This document shows, in pieces, positions 51,441 through 64,000 of a stretch of 64,000 nt of DNA. Within the stretch, counting starts at the first letter, position 1, and each line of letters opens with the position of its first letter. The position numbers were made by a program, and so were the translations under genes. The DNA comes from Podarcis liolepis. Lineage: Eukaryota. Location: the NCBI GenBank assembly GCA_965112155.1, contig OZ218101.1. One strand, given 5' to 3'. The notes under the pieces are model-generated. The model was not told the origin of the DNA and did not search any database. It saw only the letters and a list, made by a program, of their open reading frames with translations.

Positions 51441-51604
51441 CTCCCTGGAAGGTGGTGGATTCTCCTTCATTGGGGGTTTTTAAGCAGAGCTTGGCTGCCC
51501 ACCTTTTGTCATGGGTGCTTTAGATGAGATTCCTTGCATTGTAGAGCTTTGGACCAGATGACCCTCAGGGTCACTTCCAACTCTACAGTTCTGTGATTTT
51601 ATGA
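51441..51604 (+). mobile_element. CR1 3' end
   Basis: gtggtggattctccttcattgggggtttttaagcagag...ggaccagatgaccctcaggg...ttccaactctacagttctgtgattttatgat. Confidence 0.75.
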
Positions 51605-53238
51605 TAAGTACATAGAGCTGAAGAATGAAATTGGAAGAGCGATGCTCTTTCCCACTGCCACTTTGTACTCTTCGTTGCCACTTCTCACAATGTACTTTAC
51701 AAGGCTCAGATTTCAAGGCTTTTACCCAGATTCTCTGGGAAAGTGAACACAAAACTTTTCTCTTTCTGGTTGTCAGGGGTGAGAGGGTGGGGTGGATCTG
51801 ATATGAGAGAGAGAAAGGAACAGAGGTGGTGGTGCCCGTGACGCTCGCTCAAAAACCCAAAGGAACCCATTGGTCTAAAAAGGTTGGCGCCCCCTAATTT
51901 ATATTGTACATGAATTCCTCCCTTTTCATTTTGATTTTAATCACTACCCTAAGTGCTGTGACTAAAGATTATAATACCTCTCCCAAGGCTGTGGATGTCC
52001 TGTCATTCTGACCAGGCAGTCTGCTTAATTTTGTTCACACATTATCTTTCAGAGTTGGTTTCTTTTTCTTTTTGGCATTTAAACGCTGTTCAGTTGACTA
52101 GGCCTTTTGGATGGCTCACAAATTAAATCAATGCAAATACAATTACCTAAAACATAGGAAGCTGTCTTATACTGAGTCCAGTCAATGGCCCATCTAGCTC
52201 AGTACTGTCTGCTCCAGGCATAGGGAACATTTTTGGCCAGATGTTTATCTCCCCCACCCATGTGGCCTAAGTTTGAGAGGTGACTGAGACTAGCCACTTG
52301 TCAGTCATGTGACCTAATGTCAGGTGACTGATAAGTAGGCAGGTCTGCCCACCTGTCAGTGTTGGCCCACTGAGGTAGGGGACCATTGGAGTGATGCCAG
52401 CTGATTGACAGGTAGGCATGGTGTTGGAGAAATGGCTTCATGGGCCAAATTGGATCCCCTGGCAGGGCAAGAGTAGACCTTGAATGACCTCAAGAGTAGG
52501 CTCCCCACTCCTGGAATACATCGTCTGGCAGCAGCTTTCCTGGTTTCATGCAAGAATAATTTACCAGCCTGTCAAGGAGAAGTCAGGAATTGGATCTGTA
52601 TACATGATGTTCAGTTTAGTAAATAAATAATATTTTCTATTGGAGACAATTAACTGATTTTTTAAAATTAAAGTATCAAAATTCAAAGGAATTTGTGTAG
52701 TGTTTTTCCACGTTGAAATACCAAGTGCTTTGGGGTTTGATCAACATTTTGCAGTGAGTGGTGCACTCATAAATCATCCACTATGCTGGACCAGCTAATC
52801 TCCATAGATTCTTAAAAAACAAAACAAAACAAAAAACCTACTGAATAATTAATCCAGTTGCAAAATGGATAGTTTTTAGAAAGGCAGCAGTTCATAAGCT
52901 ATTCTAAACCATTTTGTTCTTTGCGCTGGTTTAATAAAAAATGTTAGCTGGCATATTTGTGTGGATGCAACACAAAGGCTGCTTAATTAAGTGATTAAAA
53001 TGATTACTTCTGAATACATGCAAGACATTTGTGACTTACCTAGCTCATTTAAGCAGCCAACTCAGTGGAAATGTAAATAAGATGTTTCCCTCTTGCCTTC
53101 TTGAGCTGAAAATAAGAAGAAAAAACACTCAGAGCCCTCAAATATGTCAGCTGAAAAGTCATTGCACAGCTTCAGCCATTGCCGGAACAACAGTAGGGTG
53201 ATCAAAATGGATACAGTTGCATTTCTGCTTTCCTCCCC

Positions 53239-53928
53239 ACCTGGCTTGAGAGCAGTACATGTGAAAAGGATCTAGGAGTCTTGGTTGACCACAAACTTGA
53301 CATGAGCCAACAGTGTGACGTGGCAGCTAAAAAAGCCAATGCAATTCTGGGCTGCATCAATAGGAATATAGCATCTAGATCAAGGGAAGTAATAGCGCAA
53401 CTGTATTCTGCTCTGGTCAGACCTCACCTGGAGTACTGTGTCCAGTTCTGGGCACCACAGTTCAAGAAGGACACTGACAAACTGGAACATTTCCAGAGGA
53501 GGGCAACCAAAATGGTCAAAGGCCTGGAAACGATGCCTTATGAGGAACTGTTAAGGGAGCTGGGCATGTTTAGCCTGGAGAAGAGGAGGTTAAGGGGTGA
53601 TAGCCATGTTCAAATATATAAAAGGATGTCATATAGAGGAGGGAGAAAGGTTGTTTTCTGCTGCTCCAGAGAAGCGGACACGGAGCAATGGATCCAAACT
53701 ACAAGAAAGAAGATTCCACCTAAACATTAGGAAGAACTTCCTGACAGTAAGAGCTGTTCAACAGTGGAATTTGCTGCCAAGGAGTGTGGTGGAGTCTCCT
53801 TCTTTGGAGGTCTTTAAGCAGAGGCTTGACAACCATATGTCAGGAGTGCTCTGATGGTGTTTCCTGCTTGGCAGGGGGTTGGACTCGATGGCCCTTGTGG
53901 TCTATTCCAACTCTATGATTCTATGATT
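53239..53928 (+). mobile_element. CR1 LINE 3' end, 5'-truncated, one frameshift
   Basis: [34 protein letters not shown]...[19 protein letters not shown]...LEKRRLRGD / MIAMFKY...[22 protein letters not shown]; (ATTCTATG)n tail. Confidence 0.95.
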
Positions 53929-55572
53929 TACAAATGTTCCTAAAGGCCCTCCTGCTCCTCATGGAAAACCAAGTGCAAATATTCTCTTTCATTATCATTT
54001 GCTTCATTTCCTATTTTCTTTTTCACAACATTTGTCTTCCATTGTTTTCTCCTGGCACCAGGGATATTTGCATGACAATGGGATCTTTCTTGCTTAAGAG
54101 TTCATCTGTTCCTGCTGCTAATTCCCCACCTGTATTCTTCTGTTTGTGACATCTTAATTATCTTCCTTGCAATTAATTGTGATGTTACAGGTAGAAGATT
54201 TTAATTTCAGGTGGGAAATAAAAACCCAAGGGCTGAGGAACTGTCAAGAACGAGATGGTAAAGTTTCTGGAATGTTCCTCCTTCCACCGCCCCGTTATAA
54301 GGGGAGGAGGAAAACTATGGCACTTAGCCACACATTATTCAATAAAAATGGAAACACTCAGAAAAGCCGTGGAAGATTTTCCTCCCTCTGAGCTTCCTTC
54401 CCACAAATCCACATATCGATGGCTAATCACTGAAGTTTATAGTGTTCAATGAGATTCCACAGGATCTCCTGTTCAGTCTGGCTTATGTTTACCCCTACCC
54501 CCGGCCACCCTTCTTGCCCCGCCAGGGGATCCAATTTGGTCCATGAAGCCATTTCCGCACCCCCTGCCTCCTTCAGCACCATACTCAGCTCATTATTCAG
54601 ATAATACACTTTGTGTGGTGGGGTTTGGAGTCCTGGCACAACGTGGTTGACATCTTTCCCAATAGTGTGTACACATAATAGCTATGCAACAGGGCCACAA
54701 TTGCCCTAGGTGAGGCAGTTGCCTTAGGTTGCAGTCTGAGACCAGCTGGGAGGGGTGGCAGTTCTGGGCCCCCAAGGAGCATGCCACTCACCTCCTCCTT
54801 TGTTTGGCACCCGTGGCCACTGCCTGGGAAGAACAGGGCTGCCACTGCCACTCCTCTCTGCTTTCTTTGTTGCTTCCCACCACTTTCAGTGCACCAGAGC
54901 TTTCTCTGAACAACTCAGAACGGGGCGGAAGCAGGTGTGCCATTTTCTGTTTTGCTTCAAGTGACAAAATATTTTGGGATGAACCTGCTAGACTGTAGAC
55001 CACTCCCATGTTTGGAGCATTTGGTGATGACTTTATTTGCATGTATGTTTCCACCACATTGGGCATCAGAAAGTTCTTCCCTTTCAGGTCAGTCACCATA
55101 ATGGAGGAAGTGTGGTAAGGGTGTCTGCTTTTAAAATTTATGGTTCATCCATTTGATCTCACTGGGTATTTGCTACAAAAGCTCTCCTATTACTAGTAGG
55201 ATGAGTGGAGTATCTGTGGTACTCTGACTCCCGTCGTGCCTATGGCCAGGGATGATAGGAGTTGTCACCCCAAATATCCGGAGAGCCACAAATTCCCCAC
55301 CTTTGACTTTTTAGGAACCTCCATCGTGGTGCATTCTGCTGATATCTCTTGTGGCACATGGTTTTGACAAGCATAATGGGATGTTGCTATGTGTAAATGG
55401 GATGATAATGTATCTTCTGAACAGTGGATTGCCATAAATTATGCTAAAGTTTATTGATGGAACCAGTGGCTCTGTATTCTGAAACTAATGGCAGCTGTGT
55501 GGCCAAATAAGGCCACATCCAGGTAATAATGGAGTATCCTTCTCATCATGATGTTTGTATTTCTTTCCAAAG

Positions 55573-55650
55573 GCGAAAGCAGTTTTGGCTAAAGTGGGTT
55601 ACCCCGAGTTTATAATGAATGATACATATATTTCTGAAGGCATCAAAACA
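55573..55650 (+). CDS. PHEX: PHEX exon 13 equivalent, 78 nt
   Basis: ttctttccaaag|GCG AAA...AAA ACA|gtaagt (AAG acceptor); [26 protein letters not shown]. Confidence 0.97.
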
Positions 55651-56524
55651 GTAAGTCTTGTTTTTAAATTGTTATCTATTGGTATTTGTTATGATGTTTG
55701 CCATATGTAAGTCACAAGCAGAGGAAACAAAATAATTAAAATTGGACAGTGTCCAGAGAGGCTCTCGATATCAGTTGTTCAAGGGCTTGGGTTTAAAGCC
55801 AGAAAATATAATTTAAAAAACAGCACCTTTCAATGAAAATAGTTCACTTACAACAAGACACCTTAGCTAGAGGTCTGCAACCAATATTTTTGCAACCAAC
55901 ATTCACCTTGGACACATCCTGATATTCCCTTCCCCACATACCGTTTTGCTTGCCTCTCTATATCCCAGCTCATAGTTAAACAGTAGAACGAAGAGACAGG
56001 TGTCCCTCACATTGTACATGAGTCGGTGTCCCTTTCCTTCACCCCACACCTTGAAGAATGTGTGGACAACAGGCCACCAAACCTCTCATCTATGTGTGGA
56101 AGTCTCATTCACATGAATTCACACTCGAAATTCTATGAGCTGGGCTTCCTTCCAGACTATCTTCATGGGAAAAACCTCATCTTGCAAGTTCTTAGGGAGG
56201 AAAGTTAGAAAATGGAAGGCAGGTTCTTCCACACATCATGGGGTTACTCTTTTCCACCTACAACTCTCCTCTTTCCTTTCTTCCTCATGTGTGTGCTCCT
56301 TCATAGCAAGGTTTTGCACAACAAAAGATTATATGCATAGGCTTTTTACACAGTATAGCATATCTGTTGAGGCAGTGTTGATTCCTTATAGTCATAATTC
56401 CATTACATGGGTGTAGTCAGGATTTATGTTGGTGGAGGCAGTACCTCAGTTAAGTATTTTTTATTGATTTACTTGATTTAGGGGACAATTGCCCCCTTGT
56501 CTCCCTGGCTATGCCCATCTTCCA

Positions 56525-56889
56525 TAAGGACCGCCTCTCCACATAGGAACCAACCCAAACCCTGCAGTCATCATTTGAGGCCCTTCTTCGTGTGCCTCCT
56601 CTGTGAGAAGTCTGGAGGGTAGCACACAAGAACAGGCCTTTTCTGCAGAGGTTCCCAGGTGCCCAGGAAGGCCTTCTCTGGCACCTTCATGGCATATCTT
56701 CAGGCACCAGGCAAAAACATTCTTTTTCTTACAGGCCTTTGGCTAATTAAACAATCTATGGCCTTTTTTAAACTGTGGGATATTATTTTGTTTGTTACTA
56801 TGTTATGCATTTTTGTGTTTTTATATCATAAACTGTCCTGTGATTCTCAGATGAAAGGGCGGTATAGAAATTTAATAAATAATAATAAT
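56525..56889 (+). mobile_element. L2 LINE 3' end
   Basis: KDRLST...ALLRVPP...AFS-type remnant and terminus gatgaaagggcggtatagaaatttaataaataataataat. Confidence 0.7.
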
Positions 56890-58924
56890 TGTACTGCAGC
56901 AAGATAGAATTTGAATTGGGGACAAGAATCTCAACTTTCCATTTTGAAAAGCAATTTCAAGCACAAGAACAGGCATCAAGGCATTTGGGTATGACTACCT
57001 GAAATTTTTGGGGTGTGTGTGTGTGTGCAAAGTTTTTCTGTCCTGCACAGGTTCTAGTCTCTTTCTTCCAGAAGCTGAAAAAATTGCAAGAAGCAATTTT
57101 CAGAACATTCAGCCAATCACGGGCTCTTTTGTGTATGTGTGTGCACAGAGTATAGACACCTCTGGGAATTACTTTGCATTACCTAGCTAGTGTCTTAAAA
57201 TAAGCCTGGTGTATGTTTGATTTTTTTTAAAAAAAAACCCAAACCAACAGACTGCAATGGTGTTTGATTGGGATTTGATTCAAAATTGAAATTTTGTTCT
57301 CAAAGGAGTTATTATTTCAGGATATATTGTCCAAGACATAAATGGCTTGCACACTGACACATCGAGCTCCCACAGGAGGTAAAGGGATATTAACTTTCTG
57401 AGTGCTGCATTTCTGCTCTTAAAATGTATGCCTTTAGCTATAGCACAGTTTCCCTTGCTTTGCACATTTCTTGAGTTCTGCTTAATCTCCCACATTATTT
57501 ACATGAGTCTGTTGTTAAGCATCACATCTCTGGAGGATAAAGTGTTTTTAATTGAAATGGAGGGCGATGAGTAAGTACTCCAAGCCTTATTTAATCCATA
57601 AAGGGAAGTCTTAACCATGTCTCTAGTTATGTTTATTTTGCAATATATGCAGTGTCTGTCTTTGAGACAAAACAGTGATCATTGTCAGCTGTGTCGTTGG
57701 AACAAATTAATGGAAGTTGCAACCCATTTTCTGAGTCATAATCCTACTGCAAAATTGCTGTATATTTCAGTAAGCTAAAAATATGTAGCCCTACAATACA
57801 CCACACAGTGTCTTCACTGAGGCCATAGTTCTGCCTGTGATGGTTAAAGCAAGCTGGGAAATGATAATAAGTCACTCCTTTTATTGCTTTATGTTCACAT
57901 CTTATCAAATCATTGTAGTGTGAAACTTCATAGTTACAGATATTTAAAGCCCGACAAGCCAAACAGCTACAACAAATCTTTTCTAGGCAATAACTCTACA
58001 GTTGGGAATGATGAAAGTAGGAGATCTAGTTTATTTTCAAGTTGCTTGGTCAACCAAAAATAGAAGTAATTTGGAATAAGTGGGGGGGGGGGAACAATAA
58101 CAAAATTATTTATTAAATAAACATATCAGTAGCATTTATATTTCACAAACTGTGATATTCAACTAGGCTTAACTCACAGTGTATTGTAGGCGTAACCCTT
58201 CTTAATATTTTACAAATGGTTTATGCGTTGTATTTTCTTCAAAACAGTAGAAATACAATTTACAAATTCCTTAACTTTACCAATGTAAAAGGCAGGGTGG
58301 GAATAATTTTTCACAAACATTTTCCCAATATATTTTTAACTTGACATTTAAGAAATATGAAGTCAGTCTTACATCTCAAAGGTTAAGCAGCTTTTGTTAC
58401 ATACGCCAGAATAAAAGGTTTTGTGGAAGGTGATGGTTTTTTTTAATGCACTCTTTGGTATTTTGAAAGTTGCACTAAGCTGCCGATACTTTTCAAACAA
58501 GCCAGGAGCAGTAATTAGACATTAACGACTTACGATCTGTAGCAGCAGAGTCTGAGTTTGAACTGGAGGTCCTGGTGTTCTATCTGATTACTAGTTATCT
58601 GAGTCACCTACACACTGTCAGCAGTCATATTTTGTTACTCCTCGATGTTGTAAATTATTTATTGGCCCTTGGGTGTAATTTGAAAATTAATAAATAAAAA
58701 TGGAGCTGCTTTGTGAGTATTAAAACTCCAGGGGGAGATCTGCTTTAATATATATATATAAATCTTTCTTTATTTTGCTTGCAAACCTCTCGTGTTTAAA
58801 TGCATGCTGTTAGCTTTGCTTACCCTTGTTAGAATGATTAACTCTTTGCTCTTGCATGCCCCAGGGTGGGGTGTGATAGTTCAGTTTGCCCTCACTTGCA
58901 CAGTTTGCCCTCATTTATACCTTA

Positions 58925-59157
58925 AGGTAAAGGGACCCCTGACCATTAGGTCCAGTCGTGGCCGACTCTGGGGTTGCGGCGCTCATCTTGCTTTATTGGC
59001 CGAGGGAGCCGGTGTACAGCTTCCAGGTCATGTGGCCAGTATGACTAAGCCGCTTCTGGCGAACCAGAGCAGCGCACAGAAACGCCGTTTACCTTCCCAC
59101 AGCAGCAATACCTATTTACCTACTTGCACTTTGACGTGCTTTGAACTGCTAGGTTGG
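58925..59157 (-). mobile_element. Sauria SINE, 5'-truncated
   Basis: Reverse complement of the 43900-44130 body and tail; TSD catttatacctta / catttttacctta. Confidence 0.88.
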
Positions 59158-60153
59158 CATTTTTACCTTACTTAGCACCAAAAGGTAGATGGCAAGCAGT
59201 GGCTGAAATGCACACAATATTTTAGGATGTAATCCTAAAGCCAGTGGAAAGTTGGCTGAGGGGATATTGGATGTGGAGAAATTGCTGTGCTGCCACTGAC
59301 AAGGCTCACCTCAGCTCACCGCCTCCATCTCTAGTATGCCAGCAGGAAACTGGGCAGGCGTAGATATCCTGATGGAAGGGACATGTGAGGGGTATCTGAG
59401 GATCCACTGGATTCCAAGCCCCTTCATCCCCCCTCCATTCTACTCCAAAAAAGCTCTGAACAACATCAGTCTTTCCCTCCCTACAGGAGGGGGGAAAGGC
59501 AGAGAAAAAGACCCTCCCCTTGTGCCAACTGCACTGAGCTGGCAGGGCTTCTGAAGTGTCAGAAAATTCAACTCGGATTCTCCCCCCTGCTTCATAGGAT
59601 TGCTTTGCCGTATATCTAGATACAAGCAGTACCTGTAGAATAACTATTTGAAAAGTATCTCAGTTGCTGAATAGTAGGCAAAAATGTTTTGCGGACTGTG
59701 GGATTTCTTGGGAAATGTCAGCATTTTTGCAATTTCTGGCAGTCTTCTAAATATTCACCAGTTTCCCGACATTCACATGTCAACAAGTTTCATAGAGTTC
59801 AGTGGGGCTTACGTCCAGGTAAGTGGATTAGGGGTTTCGGGCATAACAAGTAAAAATAAAATTCTGTAATGCAATTCCCATTCCTTCAATTCTATAAGGC
59901 AATTCCCATTCCTTCAACAGTTGCTGTTTATGGATTTAATAGAAATGGTGCAGCTCTATGGAAATGATATGTGAACATAAAAAAGAAATCTGTGAAGAAA
60001 AGCTCAAATGAATTCTTGCTCGGTATCAGAACATTTCAATTCAGAGCATAGGGTTTATGAGAATGTTTTGCTTTGCAGACATTAAAGTTATTCTTTGTTT
60101 TCCTCGTTGAATCTATTGGTTATACTTGCATAACCCTCGCATTCTATTCCCAG

Positions 60154-60257
60154 ATGAAGTTTTTAGAAACGGACTATTTTGGCAACGTGCTTCAGACCCG
60201 CAAGCAGGCAGCGCAGTCCGATTTCTACTGGCTGAGAAAAGAGGTTCCAAAAACTGA
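60154..60257 (+). CDS. PHEX: PHEX exon 14 equivalent, 104 nt
   Basis: ctattcccag|ATG AAG...ACT GA|gtgagt; [34 protein letters not shown]. Confidence 0.97.
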
Positions 60258-60348
60258 GTGAGTAGAAAAGAAATGCATTATCAAAAACTAGACCCGGTGT
60301 TTCATCACATAATTGACATGCGGGGAGCATAAACACTCAGGGCACCAT

Positions 60349-60462
60349 CCAGCCAAAGTTAGGCACTTTTAAGCCTCATTGATTTCAATGGTGGAGTTAC
60401 GCAGGTGCTTAAATCTCACACAGTGAAATCAATGAGAATTAAAAGTGCTTAGCTTTGGTTGG
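60349..60462. repeat. Long inverted repeat (hairpin), probably MITE-derived
   Basis: Arms ccagccaaagttaggcacttttaagcctcattgatttcaatg and cagtgaaatcaatgagaattaaaagtgcttagctttggttgg pair at about 36 of 42 positions. Confidence 0.8.
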
Positions 60463-62579
60463 TTTGGAGCTGAATGTGTGTGTTTTCTTTTCTTTTCTTT
60501 CAACCCCCCCCCCCAAATAATGGAATTGTAATGAGATAGGATTTCTGCTGGCAGTTGTGGCAATTTTGGAATGGTACAATTTTGGTACATTAGATTTTTC
60601 TAAAAAGAAGAGGAAGTGTTGCTGTTACTGACTTAAGTTACCTTAGCACATAACCTAATATATACTTAGCACATAACCTGAGGTCACTTAAAATGTTTTG
60701 TTCCAAGTTAAATTGATGCTGTACTTCAGTAGAATTTGAGTTTTCTCCATATGAAAACCTGAGCTGGAAATACAGATTTGGCTTAGTCCTGGTTATCAAA
60801 CTTATTCTCCTAGAATGTGTTTTCAAATGTTCATCTGGCTTTGACCAGACTGCAAAGGAATGCACTTTTGCATATGAGGAGGAGAGAGCAGTGTGGATGA
60901 GCAGCAGGAGTTGGATAGGCATCTGTCTTTTGCCAATAATTGGCACACCTCACAGACACGGCAAGGTGCTGTTGTCACTCACTGCTTGCCAAAGACCTAA
61001 CTTCAGTGTTTATTCCTTGCCAGTTGCATTTGTGCTTCTTGGGATTCATGTTTCACTTTAAGTAGTATCGTGGCCCCATAAAGTCTACTAAAAGCTTCTG
61101 GAGAGTAGCTGTGTACTGTCTGATATAGGGAAGTGGGACTTGCAAACAAATGTTGCCACATGCTCCCATTCAGGGTTCCAGCCAGCCAGCCATGATCTCT
61201 TCTAGGATACTCCATTCTATTCTCCTCCCCACTAGTTTCCTGCTGCCCCACCCAACAAGTAGCCAGCATTTCATGCCCACTGAGCATGCTCAGTCTTCAT
61301 TGAGCTGCACTCCTGCCCCCTCCCAAGCCTGCTGATGCCACCTTCTCATGAATGAATGGTGCTGTTTTCACTACATAAGGACAGGCACTAAGAGATGGAG
61401 TTTGCTATTATCATATAGGATTCTAGATCCTGCTTCCAATGCAGTGACATGGATTTTCCCTACTGGGTGGAAAAAAATAGCTGATGCCTATGAAAACAGG
61501 GTATGTGACAGATCTCTGCCTGCACTGACATGTCTAATAGTACCAATCCTGTGTGATGAATTCAGGTATCTTTTTTTGGCCCTTTAACCATTGATCAACA
61601 TTGGTAATATTTGGTAAGGAAAATGGGGTGGTGTTTCATAGCAAGCATGAGGAAGGGAGATCTATGGACTGGAGCCCTTGCGTCTGTGACACTATTTGTG
61701 ATACTATTCAGAAGCATTAGCAGTGGCTGCAGCAATATAGTGATTGTGATGGAAGAATACATTGAAACTGTAAGAGAGAACCCTGAAGGTATCTGTTTGA
61801 GACTATTCTGTGCCATAGATCAGCAAAACGCATTATATCACCATGAGTTTCCAGAGCAGCAAAAAACATTTGCTCCTTTATGAAGAAGGAGATAAACACC
61901 CTTGATCCTTCATTCTTGTGGAAGTGGCTATTAGCTGCACTAATATACCCTGAAGAGATTCTTAGTATGATGGAAAATGTCACTGAAGGTGAAATTAATT
62001 GGCAGATAATCCCTGAAATATACAAGTTTAGGGCTGTCCCCTGTGAATCATACCCCATTTCTGGCATACTTTGAAATGAAGGGGATTATTCCCTGACTCA
62101 GCATGAGGTGGAATGTGATTGAGCTTATCTCAAAAAAATAAAAATAATAATGCTTACTCCTTCAAGGACTGCTTAATGTCACCTCTTCTCCACTTGATCT
62201 TCATATTTATGTGGCTTAACTCTTTTTCTACATGTGTGTTTCTCAAAATGCTGTACCAGTAGAAAATGAGGAGTCCATTGATATACTGTGCATGTGACGT
62301 GAGCATAATCACTTCCCATCTCTCAGCTCTGGCATCATTATCTTCTATGGGCTGGCCTCTGAGCCCCTATGAAAGATAGAGACTGTTTGAGTTTCAAGGG
62401 GCCAATTAATGCAACGGAAGCAAATGAGTCTTAATTGGGACTCACCAACTTTTTTTAGTTCTGGGGGCACTTTTAGATTTTGAGTGGTGCTGCGGGCAAC
62501 ACCCCACTCTAGTCATTTCTGCCTGTCCAGATCGTCCCAAGCCCCACTAAGAAACAGAAAGAATGCACTCTTGTGCACC

Positions 62580-62603
62580 TGTGTGTGTGTGTGTGTGTGT
62601 GTG
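62580..62603. repeat. (TG)n microsatellite
   Basis: About 12 TG units. Confidence 0.9.
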
Positions 62604-62982
62604 CGCACACCCACCCACCCAGCCATTCACCCACACCCAGACCCACAGTTTTCCTGGGTAAAAGTTGGATCCAGAAGAATTTATCTGAGCCTTGAAAAGC
62701 ACATAGAAATTCAAGAATAAATGGGAGAGTGTTGTTCTTCCAACTTCCGCCTTCAAAATGTACTTGGGTGACTTCCCTCACCACCTCATTACTGAAGAGG
62801 CAGTGAGTGGGAAGACTCTGAGGCTTTGTGGGCCCCAGTGGAAGACCTCACCCACCCACCACATTAGAGGCGTGGTCTAAATATTCATGACTGCAGAACA
62901 GGTTCCACAATATGTTATCACCTGCGGATGATATATTTGAAAATATATTACTACAAATGTATTTTGCTTCTGACTTTAAGTA

Positions 62983-63233
62983 CAGTCATACCTTGGCTCC
63001 CAAATGCCTTGGGAGTCAAATGTTCCGGCTCCCGAACGATTGAAAACTGGAAGTGAGTGTTCTGGTTTTTGAACGTTCTTTTGGAAGCCAAATGTCCGAC
63101 GGGGCTTCCACAGCTTCTGATTGGCGACAGGAGCTTCCTGCCACCAATCAGAAGCCACGATTTGGAAGTCAAACATTTTGGAAGTCGAACGGACTTCTGG
63201 AACGGATTCTGTTCAACTTCCAAGATACGACTG
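62983..63233. mobile_element. Tc1/mariner MITE
   Basis: TA|cagtcataccttgg...ccaagatacgactg|TA; internal similarity to the 32399-32623 element (ttttggaagtc...aac...ggaac). Confidence 0.8.
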
Positions 63234-64000
63234 TATATAGGTGAGTTGTATGTATTGCAGTTATATGCCATGAATAAACTACTTGCTGATCAGCTACAGC
63301 TGCATTTTGGAGCTACCATGGGGGGACTGCTATCTCCCTCCCCTTGTAAGTAAACATGTCCTCATTGCTTCCTTTCGTGCTTCCTTCTGATGGGTTTCTT
63401 TGTCAGCTGTCTTTTGCCCCAAACAACACTGTAGGCTTAGGCTGCATCCTAGCCTCAGTTACCCAAGAGTAAGAGCCACTGAATTCAATAGGACTTACAT
63501 CTGAGGAGGACACATGGTTAGGTTTGCTATGTGTTTGCACACTGGGCCCTAGTGTGTGACGAAACTGGTGTAACAATGAAGCAGCATATTTTAGGGACTA
63601 ATATATGGATGGGGGGGGAAGCTATATATAGATAACCACCTGTACTTGTTTGTTGAATATGTTCTGCAATCTGTAATTTTGGATTTACTGCAAGCAAATT
63701 TCTCTTCATAAAATATTTTCAAGACCAAGCCTGGAATCCTGCAGTAAAATTCTGAAAAGATATCAGTTTAATTAGAGCTGTACAAATAAGTCTCTTCACA
63801 TAAGCTGCTTGCTCTGTATTAAGCTAGAAATTTAACATAATTTGTTAGCAACCTATATTTAAAAATCTGTCCATGCAAAATTATTCTGGGATGTGTTCCA
63901 ACTCTAATTATAGGGAAGCAAGCATGAAAAGTCAGAATCTGGCTCCATTTGTTGAATATGTCAAGAATATGCCAAATCACCTACACTAAGTTTGCAGATT

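Noticed and set aside
60258-64000. PHEX exon 15 onward (WFTNPTTVNAFY, HEXXH)
   Set aside because: Not seen; the gene continues beyond the window, so this is not evidence of truncation.

Overview
Vertebrate genomic DNA, almost certainly a squamate reptile and probably a lacertid lizard (Sauria SINEs, RTE-BovB and squamate-type L2/CR1 tails). The window lies inside one + strand gene, PHEX (phosphate-regulating M13/neprilysin-family zinc endopeptidase). I traced 13 consecutive coding exons equivalent to human exons 2-14 (3975-60257, 1468 nt). All have GT-AG boundaries, the exon lengths I recall for human (69,162,87,227,69,117,84,146,94,129,102,78,104), compatible phases and no stop codon. Exon 1 (cytoplasmic tail/signal anchor) and exons 15-22 (HEXXH catalytic motif) were not found and presumably lie outside the window. 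The introns are full of transposon relics: L2, CR1, RTE and BovB LINE 3' ends, SINEs, and non-autonomous hAT (8-bp TSD) and Tc1/mariner (TA TSD) MITEs, several of them nested. Nearly all ORFs in the supplied track are spurious or TE-derived. I found no clear novel multi-gene system. Best leads: (1) a candidate 66-nt in-frame cassette exon just before exon 2 with an RxxR motif; (2) a speculative spliced antisense micro-ORF in intron 3 resembling a small secreted Cys-rich peptide; (3) an RTE LINE with a twin-priming-type 5' inversion; (4) a composite hAT element with two left ends and apparent cargo.
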